From assembly GCA_045837725.1 (NCBI GenBank), contig JBEWZL010000162.1, positions 1 through 64,000 of the forward strand: a DNA stretch of 64,000 nt, in the 5' to 3' direction. Within the stretch, counting starts at the first letter, position 1. The number at the start of each line of letters is the position of its first letter. The translations under genes were made by a program, and so were the position numbers. Shown one piece after another: positions 39,709 to 53,780 of the stretch. The notes below the pieces were generated by a model that worked only from the letters and a program-made list of their open reading frames with translations, was not told the DNA's origin and searched no databases. This DNA is from Vermamoeba vermiformis (lineage: Eukaryota).

Positions 39709-41425
39709 ATGAGTGCTTCTGCTTTTGCTTTACCTGCGATCGCGAAGCCAGGCGAAGATCTGATCACGGCATTACCAACTGAACTGGTCAAAGAAATAAT
39801 TAACAAATTAAACTGGAATGAAACGCTAATGTAAGCAACGTTACTAATGATTTTTCAATAACCATCTGATCGGACAAACTTTTTCGTAGATGTAGTGCGT
39901 GTTAAATAATTTATATTTTTTAGACTCACCTCTACGTCGAAGGAATATCGAAGATTTTATTTTGATAAAATATTGCAACGCGTTTTTATACCGTATGGCT
40001 CGCTCGAAGGAATCCCTATCATCTTCAACGAGAACATTATAACCGAGTTAATATTGCAGCCTATTAACTCTGGTCATATAATGTCTACAGGATCAATCAC
40101 AAAATCCCTGCTCGATCGGCGGATGCAGCTGTCAAAATTGACACGTTTGTCGGATCTTCATATCATCAGCGATAGAGCGTTAAATAGAGCACCGCTAAAC
40201 AAAAGACATGAATGGCAACAGTTAGAAAAGCTTTTGCCGCCAAAGACATTAATTCATTTGATTGTGAGCCCAACTGGCCTACCGCGTAAGTTGAAAGTGA
40301 CCAAATATTGGTTACATCTAATATTCATGCATAATACTGTTAAATTTTAAGCAATATTAGAACGATATTTAGGCTTGTCCTAAGATTACGACTATGAAGA
40401 TATTTTAGATCCGAATCTGCTGAAGAAATACTTCATTTCGAACTAATAATCTATTTTAACTGCAGCCGATAGTCTTTTGCCGAAGTTTCGATCGATAACA
40501 GCGGAGCCTATTCCAAAGCATTGGAAATCCGTTCCAAAACCGCTCAACTTGGACTCGCAGCACTTAATTAATCTCGAAAACTACAATGGCTATGCTCTTA
40601 ACCAAATTTGGAAATGTACTAAGCTAACTAGACTGCAATGCGAGAAATTTCCAGCGGATCTGCGTAACAACAAAGGCGAGCTTGAATTCAACGCTCTATC
40701 CACTTTGACCAGTCTACGCGTACTCGACTTGCAATACACCAAGAAGAAATTTCCTCTTTCACGAAACGCGTTCAGAGAATTAACAAAATTGACCAACTTA
40801 ACTTCCATCAATTTAAGCTTCGAGAATTTTAGCGTTGTAGAAACTATTCCAGCGTTCATATTTAAGCAGAGAAACCTTCAAATACTATCAATATGCGATG
40901 TTCATATTTCCCCCTCGACGTTGGCCGAATTGGAAGGTGTTCCATGGTCGCATCTAGCGTTTGGAAGAAACGAAGAGCCAATTGAAACCCTTGTGGAAGA
41001 AACTATCAATAATCCTCCTCTTACATTGCCAATCATCGGCAACAACAATAACAATCAACCCCCGCCCTTGCCAACAGTACGACCTCTTTGGGTACCTGAC
41101 AAGGACTGTCCAAAGTAAGCTTTGCAAAAATTTTCCTTACCATATTAAGTAATTAACGCATTTTAGCTGCACGCGATGCGAAGCTGAATTCACGGTGACA
41201 CTTCGACGACACCACTGCAGAAACTGCGGAAAGATCTTTTGTGGTCATGTAAGTGTCACATTTTCAAGAACGAGTAGGCCCCTTGACTAACACGTGACTT
41301 TCCATATTTAGTGCTGTTCGAAGAAATTGCCGTTAAAACATCTGAGGTACATGACGAGCCAGTTGACTTGCACTGATTGCTACGCAGATCTGCTTGAGCG
41401 ATTGATGAAGAATTCAACTGCCTAA
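39709..41425 (+). CDS. F-box + LRR + FYVE domain protein
   Basis: [17 protein letters not shown]-box; LRRs; [26 protein letters not shown] finger. Confidence 0.88.
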
Positions 41426-41546
41426 TCGACTTGATATGGCATCGTATTAAATTTTGATTAATTAAAGTAGACTACAACGCCCTCTTAATTTTAATTCTTA
41501 GGTCAGATCCGGATCATGAAAATTAACTTGTTTTTTTGTACATTGA

Positions 41547-44500
41547 TTAATTATTATTGATCTCTTCGAGTACTTTAGCGTATTCAGGCTGATTTTCAAG
41601 TTCTGGCGCGTGTTGCTTAATAAACTGAACGCAACTATCCCGCAACTTGACGGCGTGATGCTGATCTGCTAAAGTGAACAAAGAAAGAACGTTTTCTTCG
41701 TTCAAATTGAAGCATATAACTGACTCTAAGTCGTTCTTCAGCTTTGTGATGCCAAATTGCGATGCAGCGACGAGCACATCCACGATCAGATCGCTAATTT
41801 CGTCCAAATCAACCTCATTCTTACATAAATACTCTATAACAATAGTATTAGCATATAATACTTATAATAGTAATATAAAGTTGTACCTAGAATGATTTTG
41901 AACGAAGCTAATTCAGTTTCAATCGGGATCTGGTTCATTTTCGATTCCTTCAAGTTACCGAGCAACATTCGCCTGAAGAACTCTGATCTGGCGCAAATAA
42001 TCGCCTATTGTCATAATAATATTATGTTAGACAACGAAAGGACAAAGTTAACTGTTTTTGTGTAACGGATCTATCTCTTACCTTGTGCGCAGCAACCGCG
42101 GTACCTTCGACCAAAAATTCAATATTGCGCATCTTTTGCACCGTTTCAGTCTCGCCTAATGCTCTAGCCATATCGCTAGCCATTGTCGAGGGTGCTGAAA
42201 CTACGGAGGAGATGATTTCTTCGGCGAGTCTTCTGCTATGTTCAGGACTATATTTATCGCTTGTCTTAACAAACAAACGATACTTGTCTTCGTGTAATAA
42301 TCCCAAATCGAGTTGATTCGTGTGCCAGTACCGGATCTGAACAATGAATTAGAATTCATGACCAAAGTGCTGAATAAATTAACTTAAGCTTACCAATGGG
42401 TAGAATAGCTCATAAGGCACATCGAGAGTAATTTCGCTTTGGTTCAGATCTTTTTCAAATAATTCTCGGAAATACGAGGATCTGCAGTACAAAATGATTT
42501 TGTTGGCGTAGATCACTTTGTCTGCAATCTTAATGATAAAATCGGATAGATCCTTATTATTAAGCGCATATTCAAGAGGATCCGACTCGTTCTTCGCCTC
42601 TATTCGATCGTTAATAAACATTTACAATTCAAATAAGACCGCGCATATATCTTACCAATAAATAAGATTTCCAAATCATCAACAGCGCCTCGACCGTTCC
42701 ATCCACCAAAATATATTACAGCCGGAGCGGTGCTATTAAAGGAAGTAAGTACGTTGTTCTATTCCGTTCTACACAAGATATAGATCTGAATACCTTTGAA
42801 CGAGTTCGTAGTTCTTCGTCAATACTTTTCCATCTTCAAATACACCAGCACAATAATTGTTTCGTGCGCGGGGTACGATTAAAGTCGGATTAATTTGAGG
42901 GATGGACCATGTAGCAGTTTCTAATAACAAAAAATTAGTTATGCGCAATGTTAAAATTAAATGGTATAAATTAATAACAATAACGATACTATTAATGATA
43001 TTTCAAATTAAATGAGTACGTACTGGTATTAAAGAAGTGCAATTCAGAGTTCATTTCTTTGCCGTCCCAACCACCAAAAGTAATCAAATAGTCGTTGACT
43101 TGCGTAGTCACTGGCAACTCTAAGAACGGTGCAATGCCACTCGTAGTACGCTCAGTGAATTCGAACGATGCTGAAACATCAACGAAAATTAGTTTCAATA
43201 TTAACGATGCTTTTCATAATCAATTTGATTGTACTTACGAATATCAATTTCCAGGTAATTATTGTTAACTATGAGCAATAATTTGTTGTCTAACAACTTC
43301 CATACAGTAGCCTAAAAATAACAACATAAATTTAATGCTACAACCAACTAAGAAAATAAGGAAAAACAAATGGTCATAAATAATAATGAATACTCGTATT
43401 GTATTCTGTACCGTTGATCTCGGAGTTTGTTCTTTTAGCAATTCTTCAATGCGCAGTTTCAAGGCATCAACTTTCTCAGAATCAATGACACCAGAGATTG
43501 AACTCGCGGTTTCAAATGACTCCAAGATAATATAGAAATGAATAAACTTGTCGCAGTAGAACAGCACGTAAATAAGATCTCGCTCCTTGTCTCGGATGTA
43601 CTGCACTTGCGGCTGTAATTAAAAGAAATCATGTTAGTATTGCAGTTATTTTCGAGTGGATTTCCTTTTATGGTAATAGCAGTTGTCTACTTACAGCTTT
43701 TTTGCTCTGCGATTCCGGTCGATCGATTCTCCATACGCCAATGCGCGCTGTTTTTGAGTGCAGCCATTCATACGTGTTGTCATCCGTAAAACGGACTAAT
43801 AAATCGTTATTAGTCATTATTATACTCCAAATGTGGTTTAATGGTAATTAATATTAAAATCAACTATAGGATATATAAGAATTAGAACTTGCTTTTTTCA
43901 GATCTGGTGGATCCGTTTTCAAAATTTTGATCTCGCTGTGAGGTATGAATAATTGAGTGCCCTTACCTAAACTAAAACATTGCATCAACGAGCTCGTATC
44001 AAGCACTTGAATCAGCTCAATGGCCGGTCGCTCGTTGATAGTGGCTGGTACATTCACCGGCAGAATTTGATCGAAGTAGAACGTGTTGGGCAGTTCATTG
44101 ACGACAGAAATATCCTCGAACTTCATCTTGCCTATTAAGTACAATAATTAATAAAAAAATTAAAATCAGATCTGCAGATTTAGCAATCTAGTTACGAAAT
44201 TGTTTTTTATGATTATATTGGTACTATTATTACTTTGTTAATTTTATGCTACTTACGAACTTCAAAGTTGAATTTAAACGGTTGCGCGCCAAAATTGAAT
44301 GAGACTTTAACACCAGGTTTGCTGCCGACACCGACTGAAGGGTAATAGGACGACAATGGAACGGCCTTATAAGCCACGCCTAATAAGGATAATACCTTAT
44401 TTAGTAATGCTTCTAAAACAAAAGCCATTGGGTATTTACCTAAAAATTCTCCGTTGAGCGTAAAAAAAACTTCGCGAGTCTCAAAATTAACTCCGCAGCC

Positions 44501-46759
44501 AACGATGTTGCCTTTAGTACCATACCTGAATAATAATTTAAATTAATCTTATTTCTACATAAGGAAATTAATTAACATTGAGGGGCAACTCTCAGTCAAA
44601 TTTCTAATTAGAAAACTTACTGAGGACCCCATTGAATGCCTTGCGATGAAAAAGCGTGGAAGGCACGACCATCGTCAGAATGATAGCCGTATGATCTAAA
44701 AATAGCATTACATATTAGTATTAATATACTTATAATAGAAATTAATTCAATTCTTACCCAGCGTACCAGCCCGGCATATCAGTCAGATCGTAATCTCCTT
44801 CGGCCAAACCAACACCGATAAATCTATGCAAAGAATTAAATACTATATTTGGTAATATTAGAGGTGATTTTTACGTACTGTCCGTCAGTGCAGGTCTCCA
44901 ACACGGTTATTTCAAAATAACCATATTTGTCCTCGGGAGTGAACGGCTCAACAGCTTGCACACACGCGACATTATCATCATCTGTAGCATTCGGTGGAGT
45001 AATTCCCTCTACTGTCAACAAATCTTCGCCGATAATCCTTGCAGCTGCACCGCATCGTTTTTCGTTCAATTTGTTTGTCGTTTTGAACGAAATTTCATCG
45101 GCTGGAATAATCATGCCGGTCTCCATTTGACCTAAAATAGGTATTAGAATACGTTGCAAGTATTTTTTGCAAAGTTTACGTACTCAGATCTGAAACCATA
45201 ATGTCTTGCAAAGTAATCATATTTAATTTTGTATTTTTTGCGTCCGGCAAATCGTTAATTATTCCTTTAGCATATCCTCGGCCTCCAAACACGTACATCT
45301 TGTCATCAAACCTAATAACAATTAATAATGCATAATTCTAAGAAATATTATGGATCGGATCTGCTTACACAAATGATTTGGCTGAATGTCTAGCCGTTGG
45401 AGAATTGATTACGTAAGGCCTAATCCAACTACAGTGGTTGAATTCTAGAATACAATGCATTAGTTCGATCATTGAAGTGATAGTAAATCGTACTTTCAGC
45501 TCTTTTAAGATTTTTTGTGGATGCGCCAGCCAACCATAACCAGACCGCAGCGTCGTTCATATGATATCTATCTGCCTCATCTACTGCACTACGACCCTTT
45601 TTATCGGTATGAGAAACATTCGCATTGCCTTCCTGCAGATCAGAAAAGTATTAGAATTTGAACTTATCTTGACCTAAGTCCATAAATTAAATATTATTGG
45701 ACATTAATTTACCTCCACGAGAATTTTCATGCATTCTACTGCATTATTCCTAGCAGCTGAAAATAACGGCGTATGACCGTACATATCTTCAATATTTGGA
45801 TCTGCTCCGCGTTGGATCATTGATCTATTATCGCCATATTAATATAAAATCATATACTACGAACTACTCTACCTAACCAAGTTTAATTGAGAGACGCCAT
45901 TGTCGCATCGTAATTGCAACGGAGTTTCGTGCTTGACGGACACACTATTAATATCTGCGCCCCTAAATACAATAAAATATTAATAAATATTATCGAGGTA
46001 ATATTGTGTAGCTATTTAAATATCGATTAAGCGGTTAGAAAATATTTGAAAGTTAGATCTTACCTGGCGAGCAATAACTCAATCTTAGGGAGGTAATAGC
46101 AATAGTGAATAGGCGTCTTTTGCTGATCTTCAGTCTTGAGCTCGACTGAATAGACATACTCGCCGTTCTCATCTTTCATTTCTAAGAGCCACTTGAAGAT
46201 CTCCATTTCTTCTCCATAACATGCCAAGTGAAGTGCGCATTCACCCCACTATACCCAAGGATTAATATGTTGATTGCAAGTATGATAATCATGTCAAAAA
46301 TAATCAGTTCTTAGTTAAAACAAGCCACATCCAGCCACAATTAGAATCCGTAGAATTTGAAAAAGAATTGCAGATTGATAATTGTCATATAATTACCTTA
46401 TTTCGTGCTCGTAAATCAGCGCCTTTTGACTTTAAAAATTCAAGCATTGGAAGCGAGTTTCTCTTCCACACCGCTGTCGTAAAATTGAGATCCGATCAGA
46501 AAAGTTCGCTAGAAAGATTTTAATCGTGTAATAATTATTAACTTACATATTAAAAATGCCGAGTAATCATTTTCAGGGTCTCTGTAGTTCACATCCAGCT
46601 CGGCGTCTGTTTCAAACAACTCTTTGACTTTTTCAACATTACCCTCAGCAGCTGCTGTTAATAAAGGGTGCAAAAATTTATCCTCTGCGCCTATTGCATT
46701 AAAGAATAATTATTAATTTAGAAATTAATTGGTAACGGCTCGAGATCTGGCTTACTCAT
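41547..46759 (-). CDS. Ankyrin + Kelch + SPRY + double-BTB protein
   Basis: PLLTAAAEGNVEKVKEL ankyrin; Kelch MYVFGGRG, LITFGGWDG and YFGGWNG; SPRY YFEITV, GYHSDDG, VGCGVN and FNFGAQPF; two BTB domains. Confidence 0.85.
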
Positions 46760-47085
46760 CCCCAAAAAATTGCTTGACCTCCTCTATTTCCACAATAATT
46801 CGTCAAATTAATTTTTTAACGAAGCAGAGAATGGGACAAGAATATCTCTTCTTAGAACGAGCCACGTGTTGAAGAAATGAGTTGACGTTCCGATTTTGTT
46901 GGCTTGATCCGCCGCAAGTTTAACGTCAACTTTCAGTTTAGACCGCTGTATATAATACAAATAAAAAGGTTTAATAGAATAACAGTCAAAATTGATTTTT
47001 GTTGTGCACTGACCGTACTGGAATTTCAGGTCGATATTTTTTATTTTTACACGCACTCGATCTGTAAAGCACAACACGCCAAACC

Positions 47086-50000
47086 ATGGCTGAAGATACT
47101 TTCTCATCAGAAGATCAACGTATCCTAATCAATCTCTCGAATTCCTTATTTTAGATCGAGTTTGTCATCCGTCAATAATTTCTTTAACTTTCATAATTAA
47201 TCTAGAGCTGGTTCAAGCTTTTGCTCATTCAAAAGGCGATAAATTCTCCTTTATGGGCTTAGTCGATGTAGTTGCAAAGAAAGGAAGCGAGAAAAAAATA
47301 TTATGTATTGGAAATTACAGATTATATTTACTCAAGGTCGCTAAGAAGAAAGTTGAGGTTAGTAATCGATATATTATTGATTATATTATTTATTCCAGCA
47401 TTGAACGTATTTTAATTTTAATTTAGGCTGGCGGTGATGTAAACTTTTTAGCCTTAGGCAAGATCCGCTCTCCAAATAATTCAGAGGTAATAATACAATA
47501 GGAAATGATGATTATGCACGTGCATCCGATGTCGTAACATCCAAAATTACGGCATCCGCTCGTAATATCAATTGCTGAATTGGGACACAACTATCTCAGC
47601 ACCGTTGAAAATGAATATTAAAGACCAACTATATTAATATTAAATTCACTGATAGGTTATATTCGATTGCAAATCGTTTTCGGCCACAATTAAATCACCT
47701 AAAGTGGACGAGATTATTACCTGCATCCGAAACAACATCCACGCTTGTTTTCCGAATGGAACTCCTGAAGAGACTCCTATATCCTGGGATGTAGCACCAT
47801 CGTCAAGGTAATTTTATAATTAATACTGCGGGCAATGCAAAAAATCTAATCCGTTTTTTTCAATCTGTCAGACTTCGCGATCTTGATCCAGCAGGTACGA
47901 ATCTCGAGAATATATCAATATTAAGAAACGGCGTATCATATATGATTTTATTGCACGAAATTCCATCAAATTCAAGGCAAAGACGACCGCAGTTTGAATT
48001 GCCGAAGTTTACAACAAAAAAGATTCTCTCAATATAATTCAATATTATATTAATATCTATACTATATATGAGTTACTCGATTGAACAGCACCACTAGCAC
48101 GTTCAATTTCGAGCTTACTCGTTTGAAATTTCTAATCGAAATTGATATTTTACTCGAAATTGATATTTTACTCGATTTGTTTAAGATACGCTTTAAATCG
48201 CATAATTTGCTATTGACCGTCTTATTAATGCATATTAAATCGCTTTATAATATTTGCTAATTTAATTTACGCTCGTAATCAGATCGACCTTGCGGAAATT
48301 TGGCTAATGCATACTTGGCTTTCTGCGATTACTTTGGGACTCCAGCTCGTCAAGACATAGCATGGGATATTGAGAATTTGTTCCCTGCTACTAAAATCAA
48401 GACGTTTAACTTGAAAGAGTTCGAATTGCCGTTGGCCACGAGCGACATCCGTGCTCTTTGTTGGGCTCTCAAAACAAACAATTTCTTCACTGATTTCGTG
48501 CTTAGGTACGTATATACAGCCATATACTATCGGTTTCGTAATTATTTGAATTTTTTGGCATTTTTTTCAGATTTTTTTGGAGATCTGATTCCAATTCCAT
48601 TTGCAATTCTAACTTATAATATTATAGAGGTTACAAATTAGAGAAGGATCAGTTCCAGCCTATTGTCGATTGCTTTAAAGAGAACAAGAAGATTGAAAGT
48701 TTGACTTTGGTCGGAGTTAACGGCACCAAAGACAATTTCACCGATTTGGCCACTGCTCTGACAGCTAATAAGGGCACTGCTATTACTACCATCGACTTTA
48801 GCAATAATATGCTCGATGATAAAGGTCTAACTTCGGTCAGCTCTTGGATCGCCGCTTTGAGTAAGTTAGATCGAATCCAAAAATATCTCAAATTAGCCTA
48901 ATTTAATTTGCATTTAATATATTACTATTATATATCATTACTCTAATATTATTATGCGTTTTAGATCATGGTTTGAGTTCGATTAACATTGCTGATTGTG
49001 GTGCCAAGAAACAAGGCATGCAAGCCTTTGGCAATGCGCTGAAAAAGAACGTGCACATGGCGAGCACATTGACTACGCTGAATATCTCTGGCAACAAATT
49101 AGAAAATGACGGTACTAACTCTATGATTTCGTACTTGGCGAATCCAAATCCGTTGGCGAAATTCTACATGAAGAACACTAGTCCTTCTTTGGACGTTATG
49201 ATCGGTGCTATTCATCGTGGTTGCGCTTATGAATTGAAAGAATTGGATATTTCTGATAACAAGATGGGTAAGACGAGTTTTCAATTATCATTTTTTGTGG
49301 ATGGATCTTTATTTACTATTTTGATGCTTTAATGCCAAATCTTCGTGAAGTATATATCAGGCATAGCAACTAATCTTATCTTTAATTGATACAGTCAAGA
49401 AGGATTTGAGTGCATTGACAAAGCTGATCACATCTGGTGGTGGTTTGAACAAGCTCAATTTGGCTGGTTGTAAAGTACCTCTCGATGGATTGCGCGAGTT
49501 CATGAAGTAAGTGCATTATATTTATAACCATATAAGGTAATATCTAACGTCATTTTTAGGACTTTATTCAGCAACGTCTACTTGCAAAATTTCGACTTGA
49601 ATTTGGCTAACAATGACTTGGGCATTGAAGGAGCACGTGCTCTTATTGCTCTGGCCGCCGAGTCTGCAAATTTAGTCACTTTAGACTTGAGCGAGAACGA
49701 TTTCGGAGATGAAGTAAGATCCGTTTTGTGACCGAGTAACATCGGTATCTAATCTTCGGTATTTAGGGCATCAATGTCTTGGCTGAAGGATTGTGTCACG
49801 CGCCTGCTTTGAAGACACTGATTTTGAACAGAAATTTCAAAGAGAAAGGCACCAAGGCGAGATCTCAAGCCATCGAGAGTATCATTCGCTTGATCTCTTC
49901 TCAATGCCCTATTGATAGCTTACATATTGCTGGTGGTCGTGGTTTCCACGTAAGTAGCACTTAGATAATACTACGAATATTATTTGTAACGCTAGAGTTG

Positions 50001-52414
50001 ACCTAAACGGATCGGATCGTTCTTTACCAAAATGGAAATCTGACTTTAATTTCTGCAGGCTGGCCCTGATTTGATTCCCCTCATCGACGCTATTGGTACC
50101 AACGATAGCATCTTAAACTTAGACATTACCGGCAACAATCTCGGTAACCGTGGTGCTATGGCCTTGTCTAAAGCCCTGCAGACCAACACCACGTTGACAA
50201 CTTTGCATTGGGACGAGAACGGCACTACTTTGCAAGGCTTCAGAAATTTCAGGTAATATACACTGATAATTGCTTTCTTAGCGCGTTAATGCTTCGAGAT
50301 ATTGTTTATTTTTGCTCGCGTGACCCGGTCAGATCCGACGATTTTTTTTCGGTTGAGCAACATGTTATAACTATATAGATACTAACTATGTGTATATAGA
50401 CTCGGCTTGGAGAGAAATCATACATTGAAACAGGCTCCATTGCCTATTCTGGACATGAACAATGCGTTGAACCAAGCCAAAGAAGAGACTGAAAAGCGAA
50501 AGATTACAAAAGTCATCGGCGAAATTGAACAGCTTATTATTAGCAATCACTTACCGAAGAGTAAATTCACGCAAAAGACCGAAGCTTCTCTCGGCAGTCA
50601 ATTCCAGTTCTACGTAAGTCAATTGTAAAATTTTCCCCTCACATTTCCTAATTTGGAAATATCCACACAGAGCGCTTCTCAACGTGAAGAAATCGAAAAG
50701 TACGTCATGAAGATTAAAGCAACGGGCAAAGCCAAGCTCGAAGACCTCGTCATGATGAAAGACGCATCCAACTACGAAAGTGTCGTAGCTGCTTTGCACG
50801 CAGCCAAGGCCGAGGCCTTTGAAATATTGGGCACTGAACTGACTCAAAAATTGAAGAGCATGGTGAAAGGTACGTCTAGAAATTATTTTCGAAGAAAAAT
50901 ATTGTTGAGGAATCCACGGACTGCATCAACGACTTATTGATCGCTAGACCACTAAGAACCTCATATATTCATATTTTACTGTTGCAACGTTGGCTAGAAC
51001 ATAACTATATAAGGAAATTTTTAATGTCGTTGATTAGATGTGGAGCCTATTGTCGCCAATCACTATTCAAACTTGAAGAGCAAATTGGCTGAGATTGTCA
51101 AAGAGAAACAACCTTCACTCGATGACGACACTATTAAACGCTTGCGCACGAACATCAACTTTGGTTCCAAAGAAATTGATAACCAAGTAAGGAATAGCCC
51201 TGAAATTTCATGACACTTACTCACGATGCTTTGCAGATGTTCGAAGACATTCTTGTGCGTGCTGCAGGAGGTGAGATCGGTAACAAATCCGACGAATGTT
51301 TCGGCGATGCCGTTGATATTGCTGCGGACTACTTGTTCGAGAAGACAATGGACTCGCTCGAGAACATTATCGACGAGATTACCTCGGGTTCCAAACGCGA
51401 GTCAACTGTGACAGAAGACGAAGACTCGTCCGAGTCCAATACCACTTCAACCACGACCAGTCACGTGGAGCCAACAACACCCACACCGAGAGACGAAAAG
51501 CCACCAGTTCCGTCACCAAGACCTATGTCTATTGAAGAAAAACCAGCGGCCACACCGAACTGGGCTCCTGGTGTTGGTGCCATGAACTTGGTCGCCAACA
51601 TCGCCAAGGCCGCGGGCAATACTTCGGGCAGTTTTGACACTGAAGGCGAGAACAAGCCTGCTGCTAACACTGGCTCCGGCCCCGCTGTGCCTCCTAAAGT
51701 CCCGCCAAAGGTTGCTCCGAGAAAGATGCCGCCCAAGGGTAAGTCAAACTGGCATACAATGCACGTGTCTTTTTGTCGTGGAACTAACGTGCTGTAGTTC
51801 CAGGAGGTCCAGGTGCTGCCCCAGGTCCCAACCCCGGAGGCCCAGGTCCGTCTAGCCCTGGAGGTCCCGGCCCTTCACCCACTGGCGCTGGCCCTGCACC
51901 AGGAGGCATCAAGAAGATCGCTGTCATGCCTGGTTTGATGCCACCTAAGATGGGATTCCCACCCCCACGCGTGGGTGCTCCATCGAATGCCTCACCACCA
52001 CAAGGCCAAGCACCTCCTTCTCCGACCGCTAATCCGACCCCTTCACCGAAGCCTGAAGACAAGGTAACTAAATCCCATGTACAAACTCAACATTGTTCGT
52101 GAAACTTTTTGCTAAAAATCATCGAATAGAAAAAGCCCGACGACAAGAAAAAAGACGACAAGAAATCAGACAAGAAGTCAAGCTCGTCGTCCAAGACCAA
52201 GAAGGCTCCTGCAGCGGCACCGCGTCGTGAAACAGTGACCATTGACACGACTTTGCCGCCAGCCAACTTGAACACTTTGCCCGAAGTTAAGTCCCCCGAA
52301 TTATCTCATCCGACCATGGAGCGCGCTAGAATTCAAAAGAGACGACGACCTCCCACACGACGACCTCGTCCCACTGGTCTCGGCAATGGTGATGATCAGG
52401 CTGATGACGAGTAA
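47086..52414 (+). CDS. CARMIL: CARMIL (capping protein, Arp2/3, myosin I linker)
   Basis: N-terminal domain, a long RNI-like LRR, a Pro-rich tail and the capping-protein interaction motif LSHPTMERARIQKRRRPPTR. Confidence 0.92.
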
Positions 52415-52498
52415 AACCGTTGCGCTGGATCTGGTCGAATTCATTCCTTGTTTTTATTACCGTTAAAAATGTTTTATTATGATACAATGGACATTACA

Positions 52499-53780
52499 TT
52501 ACTTTCGGTCTATTACTGGGCCAAGTAAGTATAAATTTTTGAAGGTCTTCAACTTGGCCAAATCGTTGACTATCAAAGGAGTGCAGTTGCCGTAGACCTG
52601 AAATCTCGTCAAATTCTTCAGAGCTAACAATATTGGCTCAATATCATCGATAGCTGTCGGATTATTGACTCCAATGTAAGGAAACGACAAGTCCAAATCT
52701 GTCAAGTTACTTAATTTGGAAATTGGGCTGAGAGATTGTTTGTGCTCCATTGAAGAAATCGTTAATTGTTGCAATGCGTGAGTGTTAATATTGTCAAGGA
52801 GTGTATCATATGAATACGAAGTTACTGTAGCACTTGATAATACTAATGATGACAGCTGTTGCAATCGCCTCAGATCCAGACTTTGATGGACTTCATTAAG
52901 CCCAAATAGCGTCAACTTTTGCAAGTTTGTTAATTGTTCTATATCTCTAATATTTGACTTTTGTGTTGAATAGCAGCTGAGATACAAACAAGTCAAGTTT
53001 TGCACCATATTTTCGAAAAACGAGATTTCAGTATTAGTGTGCAAGGATTCCAAATTAGGCAATGGTGCATCAATATGAGCTAACATTGAATAATGTCCGT
53101 CATTTGCAGCCGATGTGCAAGCGTAAATTTTCAGCACTCGTAAGCTCGATAACGCTGCGAAATAATTTGGCGGTATCTTTGTGATCCGATCTATCGTCAA
53201 TCTCGTGAGTCGATATGAATCGCTTAATATAGGAAGCGTATCTTCGGCTTTAATAACTTTGAAATTTGCAGTTTCCAAAGAAGGCAAGCTTAACGGAGCC
53301 TCTCCAGAATCTTCTTCAGAATAATGATCTTTCAATGTAAATACTGCAGCGGTTATACTCTTCAATTTTGTCAATCTATTAAGGGTCTTTGTGGATATCA
53401 TATGAACTTCTAATTGTTCCAAGTTTGTTAATGCTGAAATGAACGTTGGATCACGACCATCCGTCAGACCTTGATGTCCAATCCTCAATGACGTTAAACT
53501 TGATAATTTCGAGATAGGTTCGTATTGATGTGTCCTTATCGTGTCAATAGAGGCACATGCAAAGTTAAATCCAAACGGCTTCGTGTATTTTGAAAACGAA
53601 TCCGCGATCTCGCTCATCTGGCGACCATAAATCAATCCAAATTTAAAATCTGTTATATTGATCCAATTCATCAATCGCTTGCATACACATCGCATGCAAA
53701 ACCTCCATTTTGACTCGGGTAAATAGGAAAAAATTAAATCCGTCAATTCTGGAGGTAGATCGAGTAAGAAATCGCCGTCC
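52499..53780 (-). CDS. F-box/LRR protein; the start exon appears defective
   Basis: DLPPELTDLIFSYL followed by LRRs. The upstream mini-exon reads ATG TAA at 53846. Confidence 0.75.

Noticed and set aside
48136-48177. 18-bp tandem duplication in a CARMIL intron
   Set aside because: Ordinary slippage-type repeat.
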